From: a virus
Lineage: Duplodnaviria; Heunggongvirae; Uroviricota; Caudoviricetes
Strand: one strand, 5' to 3'
Virus record (IMG/VR): IMGVR_UViG_2627853910_000001
DNA length: 46,177 nucleotides
Below, piece by piece: positions 1 to 9,371 of this stretch (its first letter is position 1; each line of letters opens with the position of its first letter). The notes beneath the pieces were generated by a model. That model did no database searches and was not told where the DNA came from. It saw only the letters and a program-made list of their open reading frames with translations. Both the position numbers and the translations under genes were made by a program.

Positions 1-484
1 ATTTATTATATCTACGATGGTAGGAAATCTTTTCCTATGTGGCAATAGAAATTTACTACATTGCGTATAAGACAAGTTTTCTATGTCTAATAGGAAATGA
101 TGTTTCTTACGTTTTATCGCGTTCTGATGGCTACTGTGTGCGTATTTATCGACGTTTATTGATAAGGCTCGCCCCTTCCTCCTGCAAAGCCCGGCCGTAG
201 GCCTTATTTCGGCATTATATAAATTGATTTTGTATAGTTCGAAACGCGCCGTTTCGAAAAGGATGATCAGGCTGCTCCATGCCTCCGGCAAGTGCCGGAG
301 GAGGTATATTTGAGCGTAGCGATTCGAACCGGCGCGAGCTTTAGCTCGCTGCAAGGGCGAACATATTCACAGGCAAAGCCTGCGTAAGTTGAATAAAGAA
401 AGTCTTAATAAAAGAAAGTGTTTTTGCATTTATTTGTTTAGCGCATCTATTATAAAAAACCATTTGCATATACATATCAAAACT

Positions 485-493
485 GTGGATAAC
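485..493 (-). promoter_or_regulatory. DnaA box (TGTGGATAA on plus = TTATCCACA on minus) in AT-rich region downstream of repA; putative oriR
   Basis: Exact 9-mer match to DnaA box consensus, surrounded by AT-rich sequence downstream of the repA stop. Confidence 0.45.
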
Positions 494-633
494 TTTATTA
501 GCCAATGCCTGTAAAGGCGATATTTTTGCTGTGTTCAGGTTTAGAGAAAATTAATCTAGATTGTTTTTTGAACAGATATTTTATTGCGACGTAGATAATC
601 CTCCGGTAAAACCGGATTCATCATTCAGGTGGG

Positions 634-1482
634 TTAATGTTGGAGTGATTTCCAGGTCTTTCTTAACCTGTTATAACGCTGCTCAACGAGGGATCGTAAA
701 TATGCAAGGTCAGCACCTGGATACATGCCATCAGCAAATTCCTGGCTAACCTCTCTAGTGATTTGATGACGAAGTTCGGCCTCTCCCTTTTCCTGAACAA
801 GACGCGCAGCTCTCTCCGCTGCTTTCTGTTTTGCCTTTATCTCTCTGGCCGTCTTCCTCTGACGCCATACATTCTCCATCTGCTCCTGAATAACAATACG
901 CTTATAATCAGCCTCCGTTATCGCTTTTTTAAGCCGTTCGCTATTCTTCGCATTGAAGTAATTAAGTTTCTGGCTAACCGCACGTCTCCATGCTTGTTCA
1001 GTAATACCGACGGTTTCCAGCAGTTGATCACGAATCTCTATTTTCGCTGGCCAATACTGTTTATTCACCCGATCCCAGCGACGTTCATAATCAATAAAAC
1101 CTAACGCTTTCAGTTGCGACAACGCCCTTGTACAGCGTGTTATAGACTTGTTCCCAGCTTCGGATACGGTAGACAGGCCGCAAAAATCAGCCAACGCCTC
1201 AGCACTGGCCAGAACCCGCTTAGAAATGATGTTTACATGGTGCAAAATCGCAGCAATCACAGCATTAATCGCCCGACGACGATGCTCGTTTATCCGGCGC
1301 TTCCGCTCTGACGGTTGATTAACGTAGAACGCAACCTCACACGTAAGATCACGACCATTAATGCGCTGTAAAGCATCAGATAACACCAGCGGCAGCTTGT
1401 GCGTATGGTGCTTTGGAGGCTGGAACTCCGGCGACAAATTACAAACGTAAGCTGAACGTAGAGACGGCATTGGTCTATCCAT
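634..1482 (-). CDS. repA: Plasmid replication initiator RepA, IncFII (RepFIIA)-like
   Basis: Translation has blocks typical of IncFII RepA1 as recalled (RRRAINAVIAAIL..., GLSTVSEAGNKSITRCTRALSQLKALGFIDYERRWD); start trimmed to internal MDRPMP (282 aa) from the 337-aa track ORF. Confidence 0.7.
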   Translation of the reverse strand: MDRPMPSLRSAYVCNLSPEFQPPKHHTHKLPLVLSDALQRINGRDLTCEVAFYVNQPSERKRRINEHRRRAINAVIAAILHHVNIISKRVLASAEALADFCGLSTVSEAGNKSITRCTRALSQLKALGFIDYERRWDRVNKQYWPAKIEIRDQLLETVGITEQAWRRAVSQKLNYFNAKNSERLKKAITEADYKRIVIQEQMENVWRQRKTAREIKAKQKAAERAARLVQEKGEAELRHQITREVSQEFADGMYPGADLAYLRSLVEQRYNRLRKTWKSLQH

Positions 1483-1526
1483 ATGTTCGCTCTTGCGTCC
1501 ACGGAAAACCAACGTATAATGGGAGT

Positions 1527-1608
1527 TGTCGAGGCGCCCATGGATTGTTGTTGGTTTTTGTTTCCGTGGATGTCGCAAGAAGCCCGCAGATTTATCTGCG
1601 GGCTTTTT
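1527..1608 (+). ncRNA. Candidate CopA-like antisense RNA in the repA leader
   Basis: Plus-strand TATAAT at 1515-1520 with weak -35 TTGCGT 16 bp upstream; intrinsic terminator at 1581-1608; lies antisense to the leader just upstream of repA, as in IncFII replicons. Confidence 0.3.
1581..1608 (+). terminator. Rho-independent terminator (stem AGCCCGCAGA/TCTGCGGGCT, loop TTTA, T5)
   Basis: 10-bp stem followed by TTTTT on plus strand only. Confidence 0.55.
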
Positions 1609-1652
1609 GTTTCCATATCTGGTCACTTTCCAACCAGACACCCACAATCATA

Positions 1653-1667
1653 ACCACGTTACGTGGT
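1653..1667. promoter_or_regulatory. Perfect 15-bp palindrome ACCACGTTACGTGGT upstream of repA (CI-operator-like)
   Basis: Half-site ACCACG identical to left half of operator at 37979-37993 next to the CI-like gene. Confidence 0.4.
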
Positions 1668-1797
1668 TTTAAGAGAACTCTACCACAACACTTTCGGTCA
1701 TGCACGAAGTCTCTCACTGATCGAACGATAATCCACCAGTAAAAGGATCTAAATTGGATCTCGTTTTGCGAGCATCATACTACTGGCCTAACTCCAG

Positions 1798-2352
1798 TCA
1801 ATGATTCCCAGCCGGAAACCTGCGGTAAAGCGTGGATAAGGTAACATCGAAGATAATCGCTATCCGCTTACGTGAAACACCATTCGCAATAAGCCTTCCG
1901 ATCTGTTCCCATTGCTCTGGTGCCAATTTTGAGCGGCGTCCTCCTATCCTGCCGTTAGCCCTTGCCACCGCCAATCCTGCACGCGTTCTTTCAATCATAT
2001 TTTCCCGCTCCATCTCTGCGACTGCACTCAGCATCGTGTAGGCAAAGCGGCCAATTGAAGTGCTAATTTTTATCCCTTCCGTAATCGAAATAAACTCAAT
2101 GTTGTTTGATAAAAAATGGTTAAGTAAATCAACAAGATGAATCAGAGAACGCCCCATTCGGTCCAGCTTCCAGACAATAACCGTATCGCCCGGCTGTAAC
2201 ACCTTAAGTAGCTTATCAAGTCCTGGTCGTTTTGATTTAGCACCGGATATTTTATCTTCAAAAATCCGGTCACATCCTAAACTCCTGAGCGCCTCCAGTT
2301 GTAATTCCAAATTCTGGTCAAAAGTTGACACCCTCGCATAACCATATTGCAT
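1798..2352 (-). CDS. Serine recombinase, DNA invertase of Hin/Gin/Pin/Cin family
   Basis: N-terminal YARVSTxDQ catalytic motif, resolvase core, C-terminal HTH; adjacent to gix-like crossover site. Confidence 0.9.
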   Translation of the reverse strand: MQYGYARVSTFDQNLELQLEALRSLGCDRIFEDKISGAKSKRPGLDKLLKVLQPGDTVIVWKLDRMGRSLIHLVDLLNHFLSNNIEFISITEGIKISTSIGRFAYTMLSAVAEMERENMIERTRAGLAVARANGRIGGRRSKLAPEQWEQIGRLIANGVSRKRIAIIFDVTLSTLYRRFPAGNH

Positions 2353-2416
2353 ACTTTCTAAACCGCGATTGTTGCTAAAAGCGGGAAAAAATATCGTTCA
2401 GACGACACAGAGGCAA

Positions 2417-2450
2417 TTCGCAAAAACCTCGGTTTGCAGGAAACGGTAAA
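2417..2450. repeat. gix/hix-like crossover site, left boundary of invertible segment
   Basis: Reverse complement TTCCTGCAAACCGAGGTTTTTGCGAA resembles Gin/Hin site consensus; 24/25 identical inverted repeat with 5480-5504. Confidence 0.7.
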
Positions 2451-3387
2451 TCAGGCTTCTGGCGCATTACAGAAAAACCAGAACGGTGCAGATATTCCGA
2501 ATAAAGATAAATTCATACAAAACACAGGGGCCTGTCGTGCATTTAGCGGTCAGACTGATATCGATGGTTCACAAGGTGCATGGTCGACAGTTGCATTTAT
2601 CTCGTGGCTGGAGAATAACGGAGCTTTCCGACATCCATACTGGATGTGTAAAGGGTCATGGTCCTATGCCAGAAACAGGGTTATTACGGATACCGGTTGT
2701 GGAAATATCTGCCTTGCCGGAGCCGTGATTGAGGTTATGGGAACCCGCGGCGCAATGACCATACGCGTTACCACGCCGAGCACGTCCAGCGGTGGCGGAA
2801 TTACTAACGCTCAATTCACTTATATTGATCATGGTGATGCTTATGCCCCCGGCTGGCGACGAGACTACAACACGAAAAACCAGCAGCCTGCATTTGCTTT
2901 AGGGCAAACAGGAAGCAGGGTTGCAAATGATAAAGCTGTTGGCTGGAACTGGAATAGCGGTGTTTATGATGCAGATATCAGCGGTGCATCGACATTAATC
3001 CTCCACTTCAATATGAATACGGGGAGCTGCCCTGCTGTACAGTTCCGCGTGAATTACAGGAACGGCGGTATTTTTTATCGTTCAGCGCGTGATGGTTATG
3101 GATTTGAGGCTAACTGGTCAGAGTTTTACACCACGACCCGCAAACCCTCTGCGGGAGATGTTGGTGCATACACGCAGGCAGAATGTAACTCAAGGTTTAT
3201 TACAGGTATTCGCCTTGGCGGTCTGTCATCTGTTCAGACATGGAATGGTCCCGGCTGGTCTGACAGGTCAGGTTATGTCGTTACGGGTTCAGTTAACGGA
3301 AACCGTGATGAATTAATTGATACAACTCAGGCAAGGCCAATTCAGTATTGCATTCATGGGACGTGGTATAACGCGGGGAGTATTTAA
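2434..3387 (+). CDS. Alternative tail-fibre C-terminal cassette (silent orientation, no own start expected)
   Basis: Begins at the crossover site with residues ([14 protein letters not shown]) matching the join in the expressed fibre (QETVNRAGNAVQKN); conserved C-terminal GTWYN motif in both. Confidence 0.7.
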   Translation: MQETVNQASGALQKNQNGADIPNKDKFIQNTGACRAFSGQTDIDGSQGAWSTVAFISWLENNGAFRHPYWMCKGSWSYARNRVITDTGCGNICLAGAVIEVMGTRGAMTIRVTTPSTSSGGGITNAQFTYIDHGDAYAPGWRRDYNTKNQQPAFALGQTGSRVANDKAVGWNWNSGVYDADISGASTLILHFNMNTGSCPAVQFRVNYRNGGIFYRSARDGYGFEANWSEFYTTTRKPSAGDVGAYTQAECNSRFITGIRLGGLSSVQTWNGPGWSDRSGYVVTGSVNGNRDELIDTTQARPIQYCIHGTWYNAGSI

Positions 3388-3389
3388 TT

Positions 3390-3923
3390 ATGATGCACTT
3401 AAAAAATATTACTGCTGGCAACCCTAAAACAAAAGAGCAATACCAGCTAACGAAACAATTTAACATCAAATGGCTTTATACAGAGGATGGGAAAAACTGG
3501 TATGAGGAACAAAAGAACTTTCAGCCTGATACGTTGAAAATGGTCTATGACCACAACAACGTTATTATTTGTATTGAAAAGGATGTTTCAGCAATTAATC
3601 CAGAAGGCGCAAGCGTCGTTGAGGTTCCTGATATTACAGCAAATCGCCGGGCTGATATTTCTGGTAAATGGATGTTCAAAGATGGCGTAGTGGTAAAGCG
3701 AACTTATACCGAGGAAGAGCAGAGGCAGCAGGCGGAAAATGAAAAGCAAAGCCTGCTACAGCTCGTTAGGGATAAAACCCAGCTATGGGACTCACAGCTA
3801 CGGCTGGGCATCATTTCCGACGAGAATAAACAAAAATTAACCGAGTGGATGCTCTATGCGCAGAAAGTCGAATCTACAGACACCTCCAGCCTGCCAGTAA
3901 CATTTCCCGAACAACCTGAATGA
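3390..3923 (+). CDS. Tail fibre assembly protein (Tfa), partner of the silent cassette
   Basis: Paralogue of 3952-4482 (shared [12 protein letters not shown]...[12 protein letters not shown]...GKWMFKDG). Confidence 0.8.
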   Translation: MMHLKNITAGNPKTKEQYQLTKQFNIKWLYTEDGKNWYEEQKNFQPDTLKMVYDHNNVIICIEKDVSAINPEGASVVEVPDITANRRADISGKWMFKDGVVVKRTYTEEEQRQQAENEKQSLLQLVRDKTQLWDSQLRLGIISDENKQKLTEWMLYAQKVESTDTSSLPVTFPEQPE

Positions 3924-3928
3924 GACAA

Positions 3929-3955
3929 GGCCCGATCGCGGGCCTTAATTTTTAT
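3929..3955 (+). terminator. Hairpin plus T-rich tract between convergent tfa genes
   Basis: GGCCCG/CGGGCC stem followed by TTAATTTTTATT. Confidence 0.4.
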
Positions 3956-4482
3956 TCAGGCTTTTGTGGCCATTCAGGATTTGCCGTATCCACACGGCTG
4001 ACCAGAACACTGTAGCGTTCCCATGCTTCCAGTCGTGTGCGTTCCTCGTCTGTTGCCATATTCAGCCTGACAGCGCGTTCCAGCGGCTGGATGACTGATT
4101 CAGCTTCGGAAAGCAATGCGGCCTTTTGTGATTCGCCTTGTTGTTGCTGTTCGTCTGCCGTATAAATCCGTTTAACTACAGCTCCATCCTTAAACATCCA
4201 CTTTCCTGAATCATCAGCGCGGCGGTTGGCTGTAATATCAGGAACCTCAACGACGCTAAAACCTTCAGGGTTAAGCGTGGAGGCATCTTTAGTGATGGCG
4301 ACAATAATATTATTTGCATCGTAAACAATCTTTATTGTGTCTGGCTGAAAGTTTTTCACTTCCTCATACCAGTTTTTATCGTCTTCGGACCATAACCAGA
4401 TAACATCAAAATTCTTTGTTAGCTGATATTGTTCTTTCGTTTTAGGATTTCCAGACTTAATATTTTTTAAATGCTGCATCAT
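3952..4482 (-). CDS. Tail fibre assembly protein (Tfa), currently expressed orientation
   Basis: Immediately follows the tail-fibre gene; Tfa-type N-terminal sequence. Confidence 0.8.
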   Translation of the reverse strand: MMQHLKNIKSGNPKTKEQYQLTKNFDVIWLWSEDDKNWYEEVKNFQPDTIKIVYDANNIIVAITKDASTLNPEGFSVVEVPDITANRRADDSGKWMFKDGAVVKRIYTADEQQQQGESQKAALLSEAESVIQPLERAVRLNMATDEERTRLEAWERYSVLVSRVDTANPEWPQKPE

Positions 4483-6861
4483 TTACACCTGTGCGACGTT
4501 ATACCATGTGCCATTGATGTATTTTTGTATTGGCCTGAAGATGGCTTCATCATCGCCATCTACTTCACCAATGATTCTTAATCCGGTAATTGCGTGTCCG
4601 GCTTTTTCATAACGACCACCACGCGCCATCAATTGAACAACTCGCGTACCCAGGCGAACATCTCTCACATATCTGGAATCAAAATTGCCATAGTTGCCAG
4701 GAATAACTTGCGAGCCACAAAGCCAGTTACCGTTATTGTCCATGTACGCCTGACCATCGGTGCCATTGGCTGTCCTTGAGTTATTAATCATGTAAAAACC
4801 AAACTGGTAGTTACCAAGTCCACCGACAAAAAATTTGCGTTCTGCATGGTCTTGTCTTAACAAAGCCTGCGCAGAACTTGTTGATACTGCGTTTCTACCA
4901 AAAATGACATTCTGGTTTCGCATATCAATCCATGAGGTTGAGCCACTATTAATAGCAAACCTGTTTGCATACACCCAGGCGTTAGTTGTTATATCTCCTG
5001 TAACATCCAGACCATGCCCCATAGTTATGCGGCCAGTTCTGAGATTAAGCGTAAAGGGACGTAGTGGCCCTATATCACCATTTTCCCCCTCATTCTCTCG
5101 TGTAGGGATGATATGCAGGCATTCTTCAGAACGGCGAAAAATGGCACCAAAAGATGAATTAAATATCCTCAGTGCATTGACTGTCGATATTTTTACTTCA
5201 CTGCTGAAAAGAGCTTTAACAAGAACATACAAAGCATCCCATTTAAGATTCATCAGGTCTTTTGTTGTGGTGCTTTGTTTGCTTCTCCATTTGAAATATT
5301 CATTGCCGTTGTCGCCTGTCTCAAACCACATGTATGAATCAGTGTCACCATCGGCATCATTTTTAAATCCAATCTTCGCCCAGTCAGTATTTCGAATCCA
5401 GGCAAGGATTGAGTCATTTTCAAAAGTAAGCCCACCGGACAAAGTATCGCCATTTTTTTGCACGGCGTTACCAGCCCTGTTTACCGTTTCCTGTAAACCG
5501 AGGTATTCGATAACGGCAGCAACGGTCGATTTCGCAAGAATATCCCGCCCGACTTTTGTCAGGGTTGCCAGGCTGGCGACATCATTCCCCGTAAAATACG
5601 GAAACTTGTCTGCCGCAGTAGCAAGCCCGGCCAGCGCCGTCAGGGTGGCATCTTTCGGTTGCTTACCCGCAAGCGCGTTAGTCATGGTGGTCGCAAAATT
5701 CGGGTCGTTGCCCAACGCCGCAGCCAGCTCGTTCAGCGTATTCAGTGCGTCAGGCGACGAGTCCACGAGGGCAGCGATCGCAGCCATAACATAAGCCGTG
5801 CTTGCGATCTGAGTATTGTTAGTACCTTTTGGCGCAGTTGGTGTTGTTGGCGTTCCGGTCAGCGCAGGACTGTTTAAGGGCGCTTTCTTGTTCGTTTCAT
5901 CCATTACCACCTTTACCGCTTTCGATGTCGCGGCCAGTGTTTCAGACGTGCTGTTGGTTGCACTACTGAGCTGAGTGATTCCCCTTACTGTCAGTGAAGC
6001 TACAGGCACATTTGTTATCTGCTCCCACGAATGCGTGTGATTGGACGGAGCCTTTCCGGCCGCAAGATCATACGCTGCCTTAACAGCCTTTGGTGTTGCG
6101 GCCAGCGTTTCCGAATCACTGTTAGTGGCGCTACTGAGCTGAACAATCCCTTTTCGCGCCGTGGTAGCGTCCTGTGCGGTGTATTTGCCATTAGCCAGGT
6201 CATATGCTGCCTTAACAGCCTTAGGCGTCGCAGCAAGCGTTTCAGACGAGCTATTGGTGGCGCTGCTAAGTTGAACAAAGCCTTTTGAGGTTAAAGTTGC
6301 ATCGGGATGATTACGTGATTGCTCATGTTTCACAATGGCTTGCTTAAGCCGCTTTGCTGAAACAGCAAGGGAATCATCTGTACCTGCATCAATTTCTTGT
6401 TCATTAGCAAACCTTGCCACCCCAACAACAGTTTCGGTCGCGGGAGGATTAATAAACTCAATATCACCAAATGTAATATTTTTAGTATCAAGAGTTTTAA
6501 TTGCTATATCACTTGATATTAAAGCGATAGTAGATGATGCTTTATTTATTATTGCTTGTTCTTGTGAGTATACAGCAAACAACGTACCCTTATTCGTATA
6601 CAATCCTATTGTATGGACAACATACTCATCTTTACTATCATCCTTCGCTGTTACATGAATTGTATCAGGGGAAACAACTTTGCCACCTATTGTGGTAAGT
6701 CGTTTTATTTCGTTTGTTATATTTGTTTGTGAAGTTGACGTGACATAATATCTACTACCTAAACCAACAGAAACAATCTCAACTTTATTTGTTCCTGTTT
6801 TGTTGGCATTAACCAGCTCCTGACGCCCGGCGTCAGTCATCGTAAATAATAATTTACTCAC
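4483..6861 (-). CDS. Tail fibre protein (constant N-terminal part plus invertible C-terminal part)
   Basis: 792 aa; tandem ~40-aa fibre repeats (GxVQLSSATNSxSETLAATPKAVKAAYDLA); crossover site inside the gene. Confidence 0.85.
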   Translation of the reverse strand: MSKLLFTMTDAGRQELVNANKTGTNKVEIVSVGLGSRYYVTSTSQTNITNEIKRLTTIGGKVVSPDTIHVTAKDDSKDEYVVHTIGLYTNKGTLFAVYSQEQAIINKASSTIALISSDIAIKTLDTKNITFGDIEFINPPATETVVGVARFANEQEIDAGTDDSLAVSAKRLKQAIVKHEQSRNHPDATLTSKGFVQLSSATNSSSETLAATPKAVKAAYDLANGKYTAQDATTARKGIVQLSSATNSDSETLAATPKAVKAAYDLAAGKAPSNHTHSWEQITNVPVASLTVRGITQLSSATNSTSETLAATSKAVKVVMDETNKKAPLNSPALTGTPTTPTAPKGTNNTQIASTAYVMAAIAALVDSSPDALNTLNELAAALGNDPNFATTMTNALAGKQPKDATLTALAGLATAADKFPYFTGNDVASLATLTKVGRDILAKSTVAAVIEYLGLQETVNRAGNAVQKNGDTLSGGLTFENDSILAWIRNTDWAKIGFKNDADGDTDSYMWFETGDNGNEYFKWRSKQSTTTKDLMNLKWDALYVLVKALFSSEVKISTVNALRIFNSSFGAIFRRSEECLHIIPTRENEGENGDIGPLRPFTLNLRTGRITMGHGLDVTGDITTNAWVYANRFAINSGSTSWIDMRNQNVIFGRNAVSTSSAQALLRQDHAERKFFVGGLGNYQFGFYMINNSRTANGTDGQAYMDNNGNWLCGSQVIPGNYGNFDSRYVRDVRLGTRVVQLMARGGRYEKAGHAITGLRIIGEVDGDDEAIFRPIQKYINGTWYNVAQV
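5480..5513. repeat. gix/hix-like crossover site, right boundary, inside tail-fibre gene
   Basis: TTCCTGTAAACCGAGGTATTCGATAA, about 23/26 to the Gin gix consensus as recalled. Confidence 0.7.
5905..6300. repeat. Three tandem ~120-bp repeats inside the tail-fibre gene
   Basis: Repeated DNA blocks (TTAACAGCCTTxGGxGTxGCxGCxAGCGTTTCxGA...) encoding the repeated fibre motif. Confidence 0.5.
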
Positions 6862-6891
6862 GCTTAATTCCTTGAATTAACAAATTGCGAA

Positions 6892-7473
6892 TTAGCACTC
6901 GCCAATTAATCGTACATAAGACACAGGCTGACAAGCACCAACAATACCGACACCACCAGAAACATTGGCTGCTTGCGAAAATGTAAATAATGTTCTTGCC
7001 GACTTTGCGCTCTTGATACTTCTTAACGTATCTTCCAACATCTCTTTCGAAGGAACGGCACCATCAAAAGAGTTAATCGAAGCAACAATTGAGGCTGTAT
7101 ATGGTTCGCCAGGTGGTGATGTTTCAAACCATTCTGTTATGTTTACCTCTCCACCCAAGCTATTTACTACATCTTCAACCGCTGCCCTTGTACCCTTTAT
7201 TCGCTTTGTTCGTATTATTGATTTAAAAACAGAACGCTTTAACGATACAGGCCAACTATCCCTCCATGTATCAGCATTCCATTGCCAGGCTAAATGATCG
7301 AGAACAACTGAATCCAGGTTATCAACAACGCTATATATTTCTGTCTTATATATTAAATTGTTAATTGCTTGTAGTTCATCATCGATAGCTTTCGACATAG
7401 CTATCACGTTGGGATCTCTAGCTAAGTTAGGAGGTAAAACATCCAACAAGCCAACATTAAAGATATCAGCCAT
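6892..7473 (-). CDS. Baseplate/tail protein, P2 gpI-like by position
   Basis: Position between J-like baseplate gene and tail fibre; size. Confidence 0.5.
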   Translation of the reverse strand: MADIFNVGLLDVLPPNLARDPNVIAMSKAIDDELQAINNLIYKTEIYSVVDNLDSVVLDHLAWQWNADTWRDSWPVSLKRSVFKSIIRTKRIKGTRAAVEDVVNSLGGEVNITEWFETSPPGEPYTASIVASINSFDGAVPSKEMLEDTLRSIKSAKSARTLFTFSQAANVSGGVGIVGACQPVSYVRLIGEC

Positions 7474-8590
7474 CCTCTAACCCCGCATACTGGCAATTTA
7501 TATTTCTCTCTCTGGCGACCTGCGTCTCTCCAACCACAGTAAATACAGGACTTGATATTTCTAATCTTTTAGCCCCAGCATTTTTTAAACGTTGAATAAT
7601 TTCATCTGGATTTATATCTCTTCCCATAACAGAACGTTGCCATTGTTTATACTCATCAATAGCTTTCTCAACCTCACCTTGAATTAAAGTTGTTCTGTTT
7701 TTGTCCGATGAGTTAATCCAGTATTTAATTATTATATCGTATTCAATGCTCTCTGGTTTCTTAACAAGAACTTTATCTGTGAATGGTCGAATATTAGTTG
7801 CAGAGAGAACGCTATTTATCTGCTCTAATAATTCATCAGAAGGTATATCTCCGTTCTCTAACAAAGAACGGATTTCTACAGTTCCGGGCGATGGTGTATA
7901 TACATTCACATCTTTTATATTCTGATTGGCTGTTCTTGTCCAATATTTATAAGAATCCTCCGGCCCTGCTGTAGATAGTTTTTCCGGCGAAAGTTTTATT
8001 CTTTCAGCATAATTATCATCTGACTCTGTATCAGCACCAGAATTAGATGTTGTTAGATTCCTTACGCTGGAAACATACGGCAACGGAGTCACCAACTCAT
8101 TTATTTGCCCTGGTAAAAAGCCATTCCCCGATAAACCAGGTATAACAGCATATCCTGAGACTGTACCAACTGTTTTCCCAGCTGGTATTTCCAACAAAAC
8201 ATCTGTTTGGAAAATAACACTATTTCCAGTTGAAATTTGAGTGCCAGCAGGTATTGTATATATCCCAGATAATTTTGTTGACAGATTAAACTCAAATGTA
8301 GTCAAGGCAGATTGAGCTTCCAGCCTAGGCGTATCCGTCAGATAGCCTATATGATCGAGATATTCACCCCCACCATATGTAAGAAGGTTTTGTTTTGCAG
8401 AAAAATCGATAGCTTTTCTTTGCTGTATAATAATCTCACACAATGACAAGATGAATAATCTACGTGGATCAGCAGGTGCTAATGTTTCACCTGTTATACT
8501 CTCAAAAGCCCTGATTGAACGAGTTGTTATATCAGTCGGGTTAGAATCTGCGAAAGTAATATCTGGCAAACCACCGCGCGGCAACGTCAT
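7466..8590 (-). CDS. Baseplate protein J-like
   Basis: 374 aa; position after gp25/W-like gene; overlapping stop/start coupling. Confidence 0.65.
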   Translation of the reverse strand: MTLPRGGLPDITFADSNPTDITTRSIRAFESITGETLAPADPRRLFILSLCEIIIQQRKAIDFSAKQNLLTYGGGEYLDHIGYLTDTPRLEAQSALTTFEFNLSTKLSGIYTIPAGTQISTGNSVIFQTDVLLEIPAGKTVGTVSGYAVIPGLSGNGFLPGQINELVTPLPYVSSVRNLTTSNSGADTESDDNYAERIKLSPEKLSTAGPEDSYKYWTRTANQNIKDVNVYTPSPGTVEIRSLLENGDIPSDELLEQINSVLSATNIRPFTDKVLVKKPESIEYDIIIKYWINSSDKNRTTLIQGEVEKAIDEYKQWQRSVMGRDINPDEIIQRLKNAGAKRLEISSPVFTVVGETQVARERNINCQYAGLEDG

Positions 8591-8907
8591 TCTCTAACTC
8601 CTATCACAAGTTTTGGCCTAATAAAACCATCAGAAACGTCCGTTCTTTCAAAAGTAACAGAATGGATAATCGCTCTAGGCTCAAACTCACTAATTTTTTG
8701 AATTATTTCTCGTGTTGCTGTAGCAATAAAAATTGGGCTGGGGCTATCAACAAGACTTGAATTAACTCCTAATTTTCTGGCATATGGTACAGTGCCAATC
8801 TGAGTATTAATAATAGTAGAGACATTTTGCAAAACTTCTTCTACAACTGTTTTGGGCGACCAATCAATCGAGTAAGAAGGTGATGATATGGTAAACGTAT
8901 TATTCAT
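8587..8907 (-). CDS. Baseplate wedge protein, GPW/gp25-like
   Basis: 106 aa; typical size and position. Confidence 0.6.
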   Translation of the reverse strand: MNNTFTISSPSYSIDWSPKTVVEEVLQNVSTIINTQIGTVPYARKLGVNSSLVDSPSPIFIATATREIIQKISEFEPRAIIHSVTFERTDVSDGFIRPKLVIGVRE

Positions 8908-9371
8908 AATAATTTACCTAACGCACTTCTAGTTTTTGACTCTATATTGCCAGCAATATCAACTAATGCTTCTTTCAGAGAGGTCTGTCCGACTTCCTGT
9001 AATTTAATGCCGACGATAATCACTCGTGGATTCCCAGTTGGACCGAAATAAGTCCATGATTCCTCTATATCTGTAATTATAAAATTACCAAAATACTGAA
9101 TACCAATTACAACAGGATTTACTTCCTGAATTGATTGCATTGTCCTAAGTAATGAAAGCGCAGCCAATGGAACAATGCCAAGTGTTGTATCCAACCGCAT
9201 ATTAAAACTAACTTCATCCAGATCTGGACCTATATCCTCCAGAACAGGTTTAAGCCCAATAACATCATGGCGCGCAACACGACGCTTTGACGTCCTTTTA
9301 AAATTGTTGAACGTATTCACCACTATTGATGAGGCAACAAAAGGCATTGTACCAAGCATACCCACAATCAT
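8904..9371 (-). CDS. Baseplate protein (Mu gp46 position)
   Basis: Position between spike and gp25-like genes. Confidence 0.35.
   Translation of the reverse strand: MIVGMLGTMPFVASSIVVNTFNNFKRTSKRRVARHDVIGLKPVLEDIGPDLDEVSFNMRLDTTLGIVPLAALSLLRTMQSIQEVNPVVIGIQYFGNFIITDIEESWTYFGPTGNPRVIIVGIKLQEVGQTSLKEALVDIAGNIESKTRSALGKLL

Larger units (their letters stand above)
2426..5504. other. Invertible tail-fibre host-range segment (G/C-segment-like)
   Basis: Bounded by inverted 25-bp repeats; holds two alternative fibre C-terminal cassettes and two tail fibre assembly genes in opposite orientations; invertase adjacent. Confidence 0.7.

Noticed and set aside
1483-1647. N-terminal 55-codon extension of the repA track ORF
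   Set aside because: Extension covers the leader containing the antisense-RNA promoter and terminator; trimmed start gives the ~282 aa expected for this initiator family
1798-2352. Whether the recombinase is a prophage integrase
   Set aside because: It is a small serine invertase of the Hin/Gin type next to gix-like sites, not a tyrosine or large serine integrase; no attachment site seen
2434-2436. ATG at 2434 as an independent gene start
   Set aside because: It lies inside the crossover site with no promoter or RBS; the cassette is expressed only after inversion fuses it to the constant tail-fibre N-terminus
4594-6658. Plus-strand ORFs (for example 4835-5794 at 319 aa, 6335-6658) inside the tail-fibre gene
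   Set aside because: Antisense shadow ORFs of a long coding region; low-complexity translations, no RBS
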